DNA of 64,000 nucleotides, from positions 5,824,001-5,888,000 of the forward strand of contig OY761158.1 in the NCBI GenBank assembly GCA_963664405.1, read 5' to 3'. Source of the DNA: Thermoanaerobaculia bacterium (lineage in GTDB: Bacteria > Acidobacteriota > Thermoanaerobaculia > Multivoradales > Multivoraceae). Below are positions 36,810-46,606 of this stretch, one piece after another; the stretch's first letter is position 1; each line of letters starts with the position of its first letter. Both the position numbers and the translations under genes were made by a program. The notes under the pieces are model-generated. The model had not been told where the DNA came from. It searched no databases and saw only the letters and a list, made by a program, of their open reading frames with translations.

Positions 36810-38103
36810 TCTGATCAGGTGAGCCTCACGCCGCCGCGATGGCGGCGGCTGGTCTGCGATTCGACCGCTTCTATGCCGGGGCGCCGGTTTGCTCGCCGAC
36901 TCGCGCGACGGTGATGACCGGCCGCACGAACGACCGAACCGGGGTGCGGGATCACGGTTACGGCCTGCGTCTCGAGGAGCACACCGTCGCTCAGGCCCTG
37001 CGCGAGGTGGGCTACGCGACCGGGCACTTCGGCAAATGGCACCTCAACGGTATCCGCGGGCCTGGCGTTCCTATCTTCGCCGATGACGACCAGAGCCCCT
37101 CTGTATTCGGCTTCGACGAGTGGCTGTCGGTGACGAATTTCTTCGATCGAGACCCGATCATGAGCCGGATGGGCGTATTTGAAGAGTTCGCGGGGGACTC
37201 TCCTCGGAGATCATCGTTCGTGAGGCGATGAAGTTCATTCGCAAGCAAGCGGCGTCTGAGCAGCCCTTCTTTACCGTGATCTGGTACGGAACGCCGCATG
37301 ACCCCATGGTCGCCACCGAAGAGGACATGAAAGGGTTCGAGGGTCTCGATGATCGCTCACGAAACCAGCTCGGAGAGTTGGTCGCGATGGATCGCAGCAT
37401 AGGCGCGCTTCGCAAGGGTTTGCGGGACCTCGGTATCGAGCGCGAGACCTTGGTTTGGTACACGAGCGACAACGGCGGACTCGAGAATGTCCAACCCGAC
37501 TCCGTCGGCGGGCTTCGCGGCTTCAAGGGCGAAGTCTATGAGGGCGGTCTTCGAGTACCCGCGATCATCGAGTGGCCGGAGACGATCACAGAGCCGCGGA
37601 TCACTCATTATCCGGCGACCACGATGGACATCTTCCCGACCTTGGCGGAGATCGTCGGCCTTCCCGACTCGGTACTCGAGCAGCCTCGAGACGGGCTCAG
37701 CCTGGCGGCGCTCTTCCACAAAGAGCTCGATCGTCGCAAGAAGCCCTTGGGGTTTCGCTATTCACACCCGGGAAGAGGGGGCGCTGCGCTGATCGACAAT
37801 GACATGAAGTTGGTCAGTCTCCACAGTGGCGAGTACGAGCTCTACGACCTCGGCAAGGACGAGAGGGAGACGACCGATCTATACGCCTCGAAGCCGGCCG
37901 AAGCCCGACGCATGCGCAGGGCGTTCGAAGCCTGGAACGCTTCGGTGGAGGCCAGCGTCGCCGGCGAGGATTATCCGGAAGGCACCACCGATCCTTCCCA
38001 GTCCGAGCCCATCTTCTGGATGGAGCTAGAGAAGTACGAGCCTTACTTCGACGAGTGGCGAAAGCGTCCCGAGTACGCCGAGAGGCTCGAGGGCAAGCCC
38101 TAG
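36810..38103 (+). pseudogene. Sulfatase lacking its N-terminus, frameshifted at ~37200
   Basis: [30 protein letters not shown]; extra TC at 37199-37200; PNIxxxxADD segment absent; an orphan signal-peptide start at 36418. Confidence 0.8.
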
Positions 38104-38279
38104 GCTCCAGAAATGATGGCTATCATTTCCTCCGCTGGGCGCGCCCCGCCTAGTTGTCTTTTGGCGCCGAGGACGGCGCACTTGGGCGTTGCTTCCTATT
38201 CGCTCACGGAAACGGCTCAGGACGAATACTCGGACACAGTCCTAGGCCCTTCGGAGCCCACGCCGGGCAGCGATGCGAT

Positions 38280-40136
38280 TCAGTCGCGGCGGGGAAGCGC
38301 GAAAACGAACAGATTACTGCCGCGGCTGGTTTTGAGCTCGGGCGTCATCCGGGCGTTGGTCAGCCTTCCCGAGCCGGTGTTGACCGCCACGTACTGCTGC
38401 CCGTCGACCGCGTAGGTGATCGGGAAACCCATCACCGGCGATCCGAGGTTGATCTCCCACAGCACTTCGCCGGTCTCGTCGTCGAGGGCTCTGAACCGCC
38501 CCCCTTGGTCGCCGCCGAAGAGGAGGCCGCCGCCGGTGCTCAGAAGAGAGAAGGTGGCTGCCCGGGTTTCGAAGAGCCACTTGGTCTCGCCGGTCTCGGC
38601 CGAGATCGCGCGTACAGTTCCGAGCTGGTCGGTACCTGGCGCCAGCTGGTGATCGGCGGCGAGCGAGTAGAGGGGGTTGGGATGAACCATGGACATGGCC
38701 CGCTCACTGCGGAAGTTGTCGGTCGCCAACATCACGGCACAGGCCTGTCGCAGCGGGAAGTACATCGTCTTGGTCCGGGGGCTGTAGGTGCCGGCCTCCC
38801 AGTCCTTGCCGCCCGCCCAGGTCGGGCAGATCAGCGCCTCCTGCTCCATCTCGGTGAAGATGACCTCCGGATTCTCGGTCACCTTGCCGGTGGCCGGATC
38901 GATGTCGCTGATCACGTTTTGCGCGATGGTCGGCGTGGCCCAGAGAAACTCGCCGGTCTCGCGGTCGAGGGTGTAGACCAGACCGGTCTTGCCCGGGATT
39001 CCGGTCACGACCTTGCGCACCTCGCCGGGCTGAAGTCGCGGGTTGATCCAGCGGACGCTGTCGGGGTCGGGGCTGACAGCGGTGTCGAGGAGGATGCGCT
39101 CGAAGACATGGTCGAGGTCCCAGTGATCGTTGAGGTGCTGGTAGTACCAACGGACCTCGCCAGTGTCGACCGCGAGAGCGAGGGTCGAGTTGTGGTAGAG
39201 GTGGGTCTTGTCGGTGCCGCCGAGCATGAACTTCGGCGCCGGCGAGGTGACCCCCGTGCCGATATAGACCAGCCTCAGCTCGGAGTCGTAGCTCGGCGGC
39301 ATCCAGGTGCCGACATGGCGTCGCCTCTCCTGGGGCACGTCGCCCCAGGTCTCGTCGCCGGGCTCGCCGGCTGCGGGTATCGTGCGCCGTCGCCAGACTT
39401 CTTCGCCCGTGCGTGCATCATGGGCGATGATGACGCAGGCGTCCGGGCCTCCGCGGGGTCGGCAGCTGCGTCCCGAGACCAACTTGCCGTCGGCGACGAT
39501 GGGGCCCGCGCTGTGATGGGCCGGATTGAGCTTGTAGTCGAGGATCTTGGTCTCCCAGGCGAGCTCACCGGTGGTGGCATCGAGCGCGTAGGCGTAGAGG
39601 TCGGCACTGGTGTTGAGGATGAGCCGGTCGTAGATGGCGATGTTGCGCGACTTCTTGGCCAGAGAGCCGACGTGGCCCCAGACGTCGTCCGGAAGGTCTC
39701 GTTTGTACTCCCACAACAAATCTCCCGTCGTGGCGGAGAGGGCCTGGATGACGTCCTCCGAGTTGGGCACAAAAAGGACGCCTTCGTAGGCGAGTGGCGT
39801 GAGCTCCGCGGTTCCAGACGCGAGAGCTCGCGACCAGACCATGCGGATCTCATCGACGTTCTCTCGGGTGATCTGGTCGAGCGGGCTGTAGCCCCAGCTG
39901 TCGAGCGTCCGGCGATAGTTGATCCAGTCCTCCGGGGCCGGGTTCGCGAGCATGGCGTCGGTGACCGGAGTGAGCTGGATCGAGGGCTGCCCTAGGGCGG
40001 CCGAGGCCATTACGCCGGCTGCGATCACAGCCGTGGCAAACTGTCTCCAGCAGGTTCTCACGGTCTTCCTCGTCCTTGCTTTCCCCCAAACGCTGCTCGG
40101 GTCGGGGCTGGTCTTGTACTTCGTGCCACGGATCAT
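38280..40136 (-). CDS. PQQ-binding beta-propeller dehydrogenase, paralog of 20583-22265
   Basis: WGYSPLDQI, HVGTWMPPSYD, DHWDLDHVFER, GFPITYAVDGQQYV; start may lie further downstream. Confidence 0.88.
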   Translation of the reverse strand: MIRGTKYKTSPDPSSVWGKARTRKTVRTCWRQFATAVIAAGVMASAALGQPSIQLTPVTDAMLANPAPEDWINYRRTLDSWGYSPLDQITRENVDEIRMVWSRALASGTAELTPLAYEGVLFVPNSEDVIQALSATTGDLLWEYKRDLPDDVWGHVGSLAKKSRNIAIYDRLILNTSADLYAYALDATTGELAWETKILDYKLNPAHHSAGPIVADGKLVSGRSCRPRGGPDACVIIAHDARTGEEVWRRRTIPAAGEPGDETWGDVPQERRRHVGTWMPPSYDSELRLVYIGTGVTSPAPKFMLGGTDKTHLYHNSTLALAVDTGEVRWYYQHLNDHWDLDHVFERILLDTAVSPDPDSVRWINPRLQPGEVRKVVTGIPGKTGLVYTLDRETGEFLWATPTIAQNVISDIDPATGKVTENPEVIFTEMEQEALICPTWAGGKDWEAGTYSPRTKTMYFPLRQACAVMLATDNFRSERAMSMVHPNPLYSLAADHQLAPGTDQLGTVRAISAETGETKWLFETRAATFSLLSTGGGLLFGGDQGGRFRALDDETGEVLWEINLGSPVMGFPITYAVDGQQYVAVNTGSGRLTNARMTPELKTSRGSNLFVFALPRRD

Positions 40137-40244
40137 TGTATGTCGGCGTGGCCGTCGTCAAGGAGACTCCCACCACTGCCGGCCACCGCCCTCGACTTCA
40201 GCTGGCTTAGCCTTTTGCGGGGCGCAACGCTAAAGTGGTGCGAC

Positions 40245-42170
40245 ATGGGCCGTAGTCACCAAGAGACTGACCGCAAGCCGGGTCGTAGTTCAGAGCTCGG
40301 AGAGCGCCAGCCGTTGCCGATGACGATGGCGGAGGCGCGAGCTCGCGGGTGGAGCGAGCTCGATGTGGTGTTGGTATCGGGAGACGCCTATGTCGACCAT
40401 CCTAGCTTCGGGACCGCCATTATCGGTCGAGTCCTCGAGGCGGCCGGCTATCGGGTCGCGATCCTGGCACAGCCGGACTGGCGGTCGTGTGAGCCGTGGA
40501 AGCGCTTCGGGCGACCCAGGCTCTTTTTCGGTGTCGGCGCCGGCAACATGGACTCAATGATCAATCATTACACCGCCAACAAGAAGGTGCGCAACGACGA
40601 CGCCTATTCGCCGGCGGGCAAGATCGGGCTGCGCCCGGATCGGGCGACATTGGCCTACTGCCAGCGGGCGCGAGAGGCTTTTAAGGGCGTGCTTGTCATT
40701 GCCGGCGCCGTCGAGGCCTCACTACGGCGGCTCGCTCACTTCGACTACTGGAGCGAGAAGGTGCGCGGCTCGATTCTGCTCGACGCCAAGGCCGACCTGA
40801 TCGTTTACGGCATGGCGGAGAGCACGATCCTCGAAGTCGCCGCCGGCCTCAGTGCCGGCAAGGATCTGTCCGACCTGCGGCATCTGCGCGGAGTGGTGTA
40901 TGCCCTCGGTGCCAAGGACAAGGAACCCGAGGGCGAAGGGATCGAACGGCTGCCGAGCTTCGAAGATGTGCGCTCCGACAAGGTCGCTTTCGCCAAGGCT
41001 ACGCGCCGGATTCACCACCACAGCAACCCGCTCAACGCAGCCACCCTGGTGCAGATGCACGGCCGACGCGCTGTAGTACAAACACCGCCCGCCCTGCCCC
41101 TGGACGAAGCGGAGCTGGACAGGATTCATGACCTGCCCTACACCCGCCGCCCTCACCCGAGCTACACGGGAGCAATCCCCGCCTATGAAGTGGTCAAGCA
41201 CTCGGTGCAGATCATGCGCGGTTGTTTCGGCGGCTGTACCTTCTGTTCGATCACGACCCACCAGGGGCGGACGATCCAGTCCCGCTCCGAAGCCTCAGTG
41301 CTTGGCGAGATCGAGCTGATGCGTGGGGATCCGGCCTTCAAGGGCATCGTTTCGGACATCGGCGGCCCGACCGCCAATATGTACCGGATGCGATGCAAGG
41401 ACCCGGAGGTCGAGGCCGTGTGCCGTAGGCTCTCGTGCGTTCACCCCAAGGTGTGCAAGCTGCTTGACACCGATCACGGCCCGCTGATCCAGCTGATGCG
41501 CAAATCGCGCGAGCTGCCCGGCGTGCGCAAGGTGCACGTGGCCTCCGGCGTGCGAATCGACCTTGCCGCCGACTCGCCGGAGTACCTGCTCGAGCTCGCC
41601 GGGCACCACGTCAGTGGACGCTTGACGGTGGCCCCCGAGCACACGAGCGCAAAGGTGCTCGAGTGTATGAAGAAGCCTCCCCTCGACTCGTGGGACGACT
41701 TCGAGAAGGGCTTCAAGAAGGCCAGCGCTGACGCCGGAAAACGTCAGCAGCTGATGCCCTACTTCATCAGCGGCCACCCAGGCTCGGATCTCGAAGCGAT
41801 GATCGAGCTGGCGCAGTTTCTCAAAGGTAGTGGCTACCGTCCGGACCAGGTGCAGGATTTCATCCCAGCGCCGATGGACGTGGCGACAGCCATGTACCAT
41901 ACCGGAATCAACCCGTTGACGATGAAAGAGGTCACTGTCGCTCGAGGCATGCGCGACCGACGGCTCCAGCGTGCGCTGTTGCAGTTCTTCAAGCCGGAGA
42001 ACTACTTTCAGGTCCGCGAGGCGCTGAGCAAGGCCGGCCGTGGTGATCTGATCGGGCACGGGCAAGACTGTTTGATCCCCACGCATCCACCTCGCGAGGC
42101 GATCGAGGCAAGGAGGCAGGCGGCCCAGAGGGGCGCCGGCGACATTCACCGCATGGATGGAGGGAGATGA
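40245..42170 (+). CDS. ygiQ: YgiQ/UPF0313 family radical SAM protein
   Basis: GDAYVDHPSFG, GNMDSMINHYT, EASLRR, RGCFGGCTFCSITTHQG, PYFISGHPG, DQVQDFIPAP. Confidence 0.92.
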   Translation: MGRSHQETDRKPGRSSELGERQPLPMTMAEARARGWSELDVVLVSGDAYVDHPSFGTAIIGRVLEAAGYRVAILAQPDWRSCEPWKRFGRPRLFFGVGAGNMDSMINHYTANKKVRNDDAYSPAGKIGLRPDRATLAYCQRAREAFKGVLVIAGAVEASLRRLAHFDYWSEKVRGSILLDAKADLIVYGMAESTILEVAAGLSAGKDLSDLRHLRGVVYALGAKDKEPEGEGIERLPSFEDVRSDKVAFAKATRRIHHHSNPLNAATLVQMHGRRAVVQTPPALPLDEAELDRIHDLPYTRRPHPSYTGAIPAYEVVKHSVQIMRGCFGGCTFCSITTHQGRTIQSRSEASVLGEIELMRGDPAFKGIVSDIGGPTANMYRMRCKDPEVEAVCRRLSCVHPKVCKLLDTDHGPLIQLMRKSRELPGVRKVHVASGVRIDLAADSPEYLLELAGHHVSGRLTVAPEHTSAKVLECMKKPPLDSWDDFEKGFKKASADAGKRQQLMPYFISGHPGSDLEAMIELAQFLKGSGYRPDQVQDFIPAPMDVATAMYHTGINPLTMKEVTVARGMRDRRLQRALLQFFKPENYFQVREALSKAGRGDLIGHGQDCLIPTHPPREAIEARRQAAQRGAGDIHRMDGGR

Positions 42171-43957
42171 TGAGAATCAGAACGAGCAACGGCGCGGCCC
42201 TGTCGGTAGTTGTGGTCCTAGCGTCCGCCAGCGTGATTTGCGCGGAAGAAGCGCCGGACCGATCGGCCTTCTTCGGCGACATCCACATCCACACGATGTA
42301 TTCCCACGACGCCTTCATGGGTAACGTGAGGACGACTCCTGACGACGCCTATCGCTTCGCCAAAGGCGAGGCGATCCCTCATCCAGCGGGCAAGATGGTC
42401 AGGCTCTCAGGCTCGCCACTCGACTTTCTGATGGTCAGCGACCATGCCGCGTATCTGGGTGTGTTCGCCGGCTTCTCGGATCCACGGAGTCCTAATTACA
42501 ATCACCCCGCCAAGTCTCAGCCCCCCCCGGAAGTCCAAGCGCTTGTTCGGCAAGGCAGCGAGCTCGGCGGCGAGGCCGTGATTGGAGACGCTTGGCAGAG
42601 AGAGATCGAGGCCGCTGAGCGTCACAACGACCCAGGGAAGTTCACCGCGTTCATCGGCTACGAATACACTCCTTCGCGCGGCTCGCGCCACATGCATCGC
42701 AACGTTGTGTTCCGGAGCAACAACGTTCCGGATCTTCCTTTCAGCTCCCGTGACTCCGGCGATCCGGAAGACCTCTGGACCTGGCTCGATCAGTTGCGCG
42801 CCGACGGCATCGAGGCGTTGGCCGTTCCGCACAATATGAACCAGAGCGACGGGCTTGCCTTTCCCGACACGACTTGGAAGGGCGAGCCGATCACCAGGGC
42901 GTTTGCGGAAAAGCGCATGCGCAACGAGCCGATCGCCGAGATCAGCCAGAAGAAGGGAACCTCTGAGGTCCACCCTTCGCTGTCGCCAAACGATGAATGG
43001 GCCGACTTCCAGATCGTTCGGTACTACCTGGATCGGGCCAACAACAAGGATCCGATCTCGATCTTCAAGGGCGGCTACTGGCGCGACGCGCTGAAGACCG
43101 GCCTCGAGATGGAGGCCAAGCGGGGCTTCAATCCGTACCAGCAGGGCGCGATCGGTTCGAGTGATGCCCATGTCAGCGCCGGCTCCTACGAGGAGGACAA
43201 CCTCTTCGGTAATCGAGCCGACACCCCGCAGTCGCGCTCCACGGCCTATACCCCGGAGCAGGGGGGCTGGGAAGGGTTCTACACCAGCCGGGTCGCGACC
43301 CACGGGACGGGTGGGTTGGCCGGAGTCTGGGCGGACGAGAACACGCGCGCATCGCTCTATGACGCGATGCGCCGCCGCGAGACTTTTGCGACCTCTGGAC
43401 CGCGAATTCGTGTCCGCCTCTTTGGCGGCTTCGACCTCAGCGATCGGCTCGTGGGCTCCTCGGGCGCGGCATCGGAAGCCTATGCCCACGGCGTGCCGAT
43501 GGGCGGGGTTCTCTCCGACGGATTCAAAGGCGCGCCGAGCTTTCTGGTCTGGGCCCTGCGCGACCCCGATGCCGGCTGGCTGCAGCGGGCGCAGATCGTC
43601 AAAGGTTGGGTCGAGAACGGCAAGGCGCAAGAGGAGATCTATGATGTTGCTTGCTCCGACGGCCTGGAACCGGATCCCGAAACTCATCGCTGCCCCGACA
43701 ACGGAGCCCGGGTCAATCTGGCGGATTGCTCAGTGAGTCGCGACAAGGGGGCGGTGGAGCTCGAGACGGTGTGGACCGATCCCAGCTTCGATCCCGATCA
43801 GCTGGCCTTCTACTACACTCGTGTGCTGGAGAATCCGACCTGTCGTTTCTCGACCTGGGATGCGGTTCGTCTCGGCATCGAGCCCAATCCCGACCTTGCC
43901 AAGACGGTCCAGGAGCGGGCTTGGAGCTCGCCAATCTGGTACAAGCCCGGCGATTGA
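42167..43957 (+). CDS. DUF3604 PHP-fold metallohydrolase, exported
   Basis: FGDIHIHTMYSHDA, SDHA, GYEYT, HRNVVF, PHN, SSDAH, ETFATSGPRI, ERAWSSPIWY. Confidence 0.88.
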   Translation: MMRIRTSNGAALSVVVVLASASVICAEEAPDRSAFFGDIHIHTMYSHDAFMGNVRTTPDDAYRFAKGEAIPHPAGKMVRLSGSPLDFLMVSDHAAYLGVFAGFSDPRSPNYNHPAKSQPPPEVQALVRQGSELGGEAVIGDAWQREIEAAERHNDPGKFTAFIGYEYTPSRGSRHMHRNVVFRSNNVPDLPFSSRDSGDPEDLWTWLDQLRADGIEALAVPHNMNQSDGLAFPDTTWKGEPITRAFAEKRMRNEPIAEISQKKGTSEVHPSLSPNDEWADFQIVRYYLDRANNKDPISIFKGGYWRDALKTGLEMEAKRGFNPYQQGAIGSSDAHVSAGSYEEDNLFGNRADTPQSRSTAYTPEQGGWEGFYTSRVATHGTGGLAGVWADENTRASLYDAMRRRETFATSGPRIRVRLFGGFDLSDRLVGSSGAASEAYAHGVPMGGVLSDGFKGAPSFLVWALRDPDAGWLQRAQIVKGWVENGKAQEEIYDVACSDGLEPDPETHRCPDNGARVNLADCSVSRDKGAVELETVWTDPSFDPDQLAFYYTRVLENPTCRFSTWDAVRLGIEPNPDLAKTVQERAWSSPIWYKPGD

Positions 43958-43990
43958 GGCCACGTTCGACGAAAGATTGGCCGCCCTCCA

Positions 43991-46606
43991 ATGCAGCATT
44001 CGATATCGATGGGAAGGCTTTCGAGCTTCTCGGCCCGGGGAGCCGTCGTCGTTACCCTCCTCAGCTCGCTCTTTGCCTGTGCCGGGTCGTCCGATAGTGA
44101 TGACCCCCTTTCGACGGAGCTTCGACGGCAAGTCGAGCATTTCAAGGCCGAAGGGCTCGAGATCGCGACCAGGGCCGATACGCTTCAGCAGCGCAGCGAG
44201 CTGTTGTGGAGGTGGGCCAATGCCTGGGCGCTGGCCGGCCACCAGCTTCCCGTGCGTCTGCCGCTCGCCGTCCAACAGGTCAGCCAGATTGCAATCCCTG
44301 GCAGGGAAGCGACGCCGGCTCTGTTCCGCGAGATCGACACATATCTTCGCCAGCTCGCGATCGAAGATGAGGACCCTGCGGCGCTGGGGGGAACACGCTT
44401 CGCCAAGGGCGACTCGCTCGTCGCCGACAGCTGGGCCACCGTCGAGCAGATCTACACCGCTGGCTCGCGGCCTCCTCAACAAGGTGGGGTCTTTGCGATC
44501 GCTGGCCACTTCATGTCCGATCAGGGGCCTCTGCAGAATCAGGATCCGGAGGCCGATGGCTTCGTCTCCATCCGCAGCGATCGCGCTGGGGTCGCCTTCG
44601 AGACTCTGACCGTGCCCTGGTCCGGCATGCACAGCGGTGCGCAGTCACGAGATGCCCAGATACCCGCCTTCCGTCTCGGTGGCGCCGACCTCCAGCCGGG
44701 TGACACGGTCACGGTGGTTTACGGCGACCCTGCGGGAGGCTCTCGCGGCTTCCGAGTGCAGACCATGTCGACCGAGCGTCTACTCTTTCCCTTCTATGTC
44801 GACCTCGATGGCAGCGGCCATTTCTTCACTCCGTCGTGGGGCTCGCGGCGGGTCACCGGCCTGGCCGAGGTGGCCTCGCTCGATGTCTTCGTTCCCTCGG
44901 TGGTAGTTGTCGGGGAGTCGTTCGAGATCGCGGTGCGCTCGGCGGACGTTTGGTACAACCGGCCCACAGGCTCGATCCCCGCTTTCGAAGTGCGCCTGGA
45001 AGGCGAGACCGTGGCGCAGATTCCTGCCGGTACCGCCGCGGTCAGCGAGGTGCCGGACCTGAGCCTGAAGGCGGCCGGTGTCTACCGTTTCGAGGTCCTC
45101 TCCTCCGATGGCGCGCTGCGTGCTCTCTCTAACCCGATTCGAGTAGTAGAGGAGCCCGGCCAAAGGGTCTTTTGGGGTGAGCTGCATGCGCACACGGACT
45201 TTGCCGAGGCGCAGGGAACTCCCGAGGAGTTCTTCGCCTACGCCCACGAGGACGCGAGACTCGACTTCTTCTCACTCACCGAGCACGACGCCTGGCTCGA
45301 CGATCTGGAGTGGCAGGTGCTGCAGGGGCTAGCGGACCAGACCAACGAGAGCGGTGATCTGGTCGCCTTTCTCGGCTATGAGTGGACCTCGGCGCGAGAC
45401 CTCGGTGGCCATCACAACGTCGTCTTTCGGAACAGCGACAGGCAGCGGGTTCCGGTGCAAGTGGCCCCCTCGCTTGCCGAGCTCTACCGCGGCCTCGACG
45501 CCGAGGGTAGTGCAGATGACGTGTTGGTCATTCCTCATGCCCACGAGGCCGGCGACTGGACCCTGAGTGACCCGGAGCTCGAGCGCTTGGTGGAGATCTA
45601 CTCGATGCATGGCAGCTTCGAGTGGTTCGGTAACCTCTACCTCCAGAATGGCTGGGAAGTCGGCTTCATCGCCGCATCCGACGACCATCGCTCGAAGCCT
45701 GGCCTCGCACGGCCGATCTTCATGCAGGGAGCCCTCGGTCAGCGTGGCGGCCTAGCGGCGGCGGTCGCTGCGGAGCGCAGTGCCGACGCGATCTTCGATG
45801 CGCTGCGATCTCTCTCCTCCTACGCCACCTCTGGGGAGCGTATTCTCCTCGAGGCCGAGCTCAACGGCTTCCCGATGGGGAGCCGACAGCCGCAGGTGGA
45901 GGAGCGGCGTCTGCGGGCTCGGGTCGCTGGCACCGCCCCGATCCAGCGCATCGACGTCATCAAGAACGGCGACATCGCTCTGTCACGGTCATATCTTGGC
46001 CCCCAGCCGCCTAGAGCAACGTTGCTCCAGGTCTCTTTCGAGTCCTCGTCAGAGGTCTTCCCGCCGCCACGAGACAACCCGCGTCTTTATCGGTTCTGGG
46101 ACGGTACTTTGACCGTAGAGGGCGGCGAGATCGCCGCCGTCTCTCGGGTCGGACTCGACAGTCACTATCGCGACCAACTCACCGTCGACGAGACGAGCAG
46201 AACGAGCCTACAGTTCCGGATCCAGACTCGAGGCCGCCGCGATTCGTTCCTTTTGAGCTTGGCGGGTGCACGCTCGGCGACGCGCCTGCGACTCGAGCTC
46301 GAGCCCGGGCGGGAGGCCGGCATCGCGGGCCGTCTGGTGCGCCAGCCGCGCGGCGACTTGCCGCCCGCCGAGCTGTCGCTCCGGATGTTGGACCTAGCCA
46401 GGGGCCCTTCTGAGCACCCGATCGAGGTCGGCCCGTTCACCGATCGCATCACCTTCGAGCTCGTGGATGTCGAAGGTAGGATGGATCAGGATCTGGAGTG
46501 GACTGACACCGGAGCCACCGCACCGGGCGATTACTACTACGTCCGCGTCACCCAGCTCGATGGCGCCCGCGCCTGGTCCAGCCCGTTCTGGGTCGGCGGG
46601 CCCTAG
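43991..46606 (+). CDS. Large DUF3604/PHP-fold metallohydrolase (lipoprotein)
   Basis: FWGELHAHT, TEHD, GYEWT, GHHNV, PHAH, SDDH, YYYVRVTQLDG.RAWSSPFWV; lipobox LFAC. Confidence 0.85.
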   Translation: MQHSISMGRLSSFSARGAVVVTLLSSLFACAGSSDSDDPLSTELRRQVEHFKAEGLEIATRADTLQQRSELLWRWANAWALAGHQLPVRLPLAVQQVSQIAIPGREATPALFREIDTYLRQLAIEDEDPAALGGTRFAKGDSLVADSWATVEQIYTAGSRPPQQGGVFAIAGHFMSDQGPLQNQDPEADGFVSIRSDRAGVAFETLTVPWSGMHSGAQSRDAQIPAFRLGGADLQPGDTVTVVYGDPAGGSRGFRVQTMSTERLLFPFYVDLDGSGHFFTPSWGSRRVTGLAEVASLDVFVPSVVVVGESFEIAVRSADVWYNRPTGSIPAFEVRLEGETVAQIPAGTAAVSEVPDLSLKAAGVYRFEVLSSDGALRALSNPIRVVEEPGQRVFWGELHAHTDFAEAQGTPEEFFAYAHEDARLDFFSLTEHDAWLDDLEWQVLQGLADQTNESGDLVAFLGYEWTSARDLGGHHNVVFRNSDRQRVPVQVAPSLAELYRGLDAEGSADDVLVIPHAHEAGDWTLSDPELERLVEIYSMHGSFEWFGNLYLQNGWEVGFIAASDDHRSKPGLARPIFMQGALGQRGGLAAAVAAERSADAIFDALRSLSSYATSGERILLEAELNGFPMGSRQPQVEERRLRARVAGTAPIQRIDVIKNGDIALSRSYLGPQPPRATLLQVSFESSSEVFPPPRDNPRLYRFWDGTLTVEGGEIAAVSRVGLDSHYRDQLTVDETSRTSLQFRIQTRGRRDSFLLSLAGARSATRLRLELEPGREAGIAGRLVRQPRGDLPPAELSLRMLDLARGPSEHPIEVGPFTDRITFELVDVEGRMDQDLEWTDTGATAPGDYYYVRVTQLDGARAWSSPFWVGGP

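Noticed and set aside
38154-39995. Long antisense ORFs (613 aa here; also 467-1756, 34979-36169, 42407-43687, 49530-50735)
   Set aside because: Shadow frames opposite well-supported genes, expected at high GC; no recognisable motifs.
40245-42170. Radical SAM as peptide maturase or anaerobic sulfatase maturase
   Set aside because: Motifs are those of YgiQ/UPF0313; no SPASM or RRE domain; 11 kb from the peptide locus.
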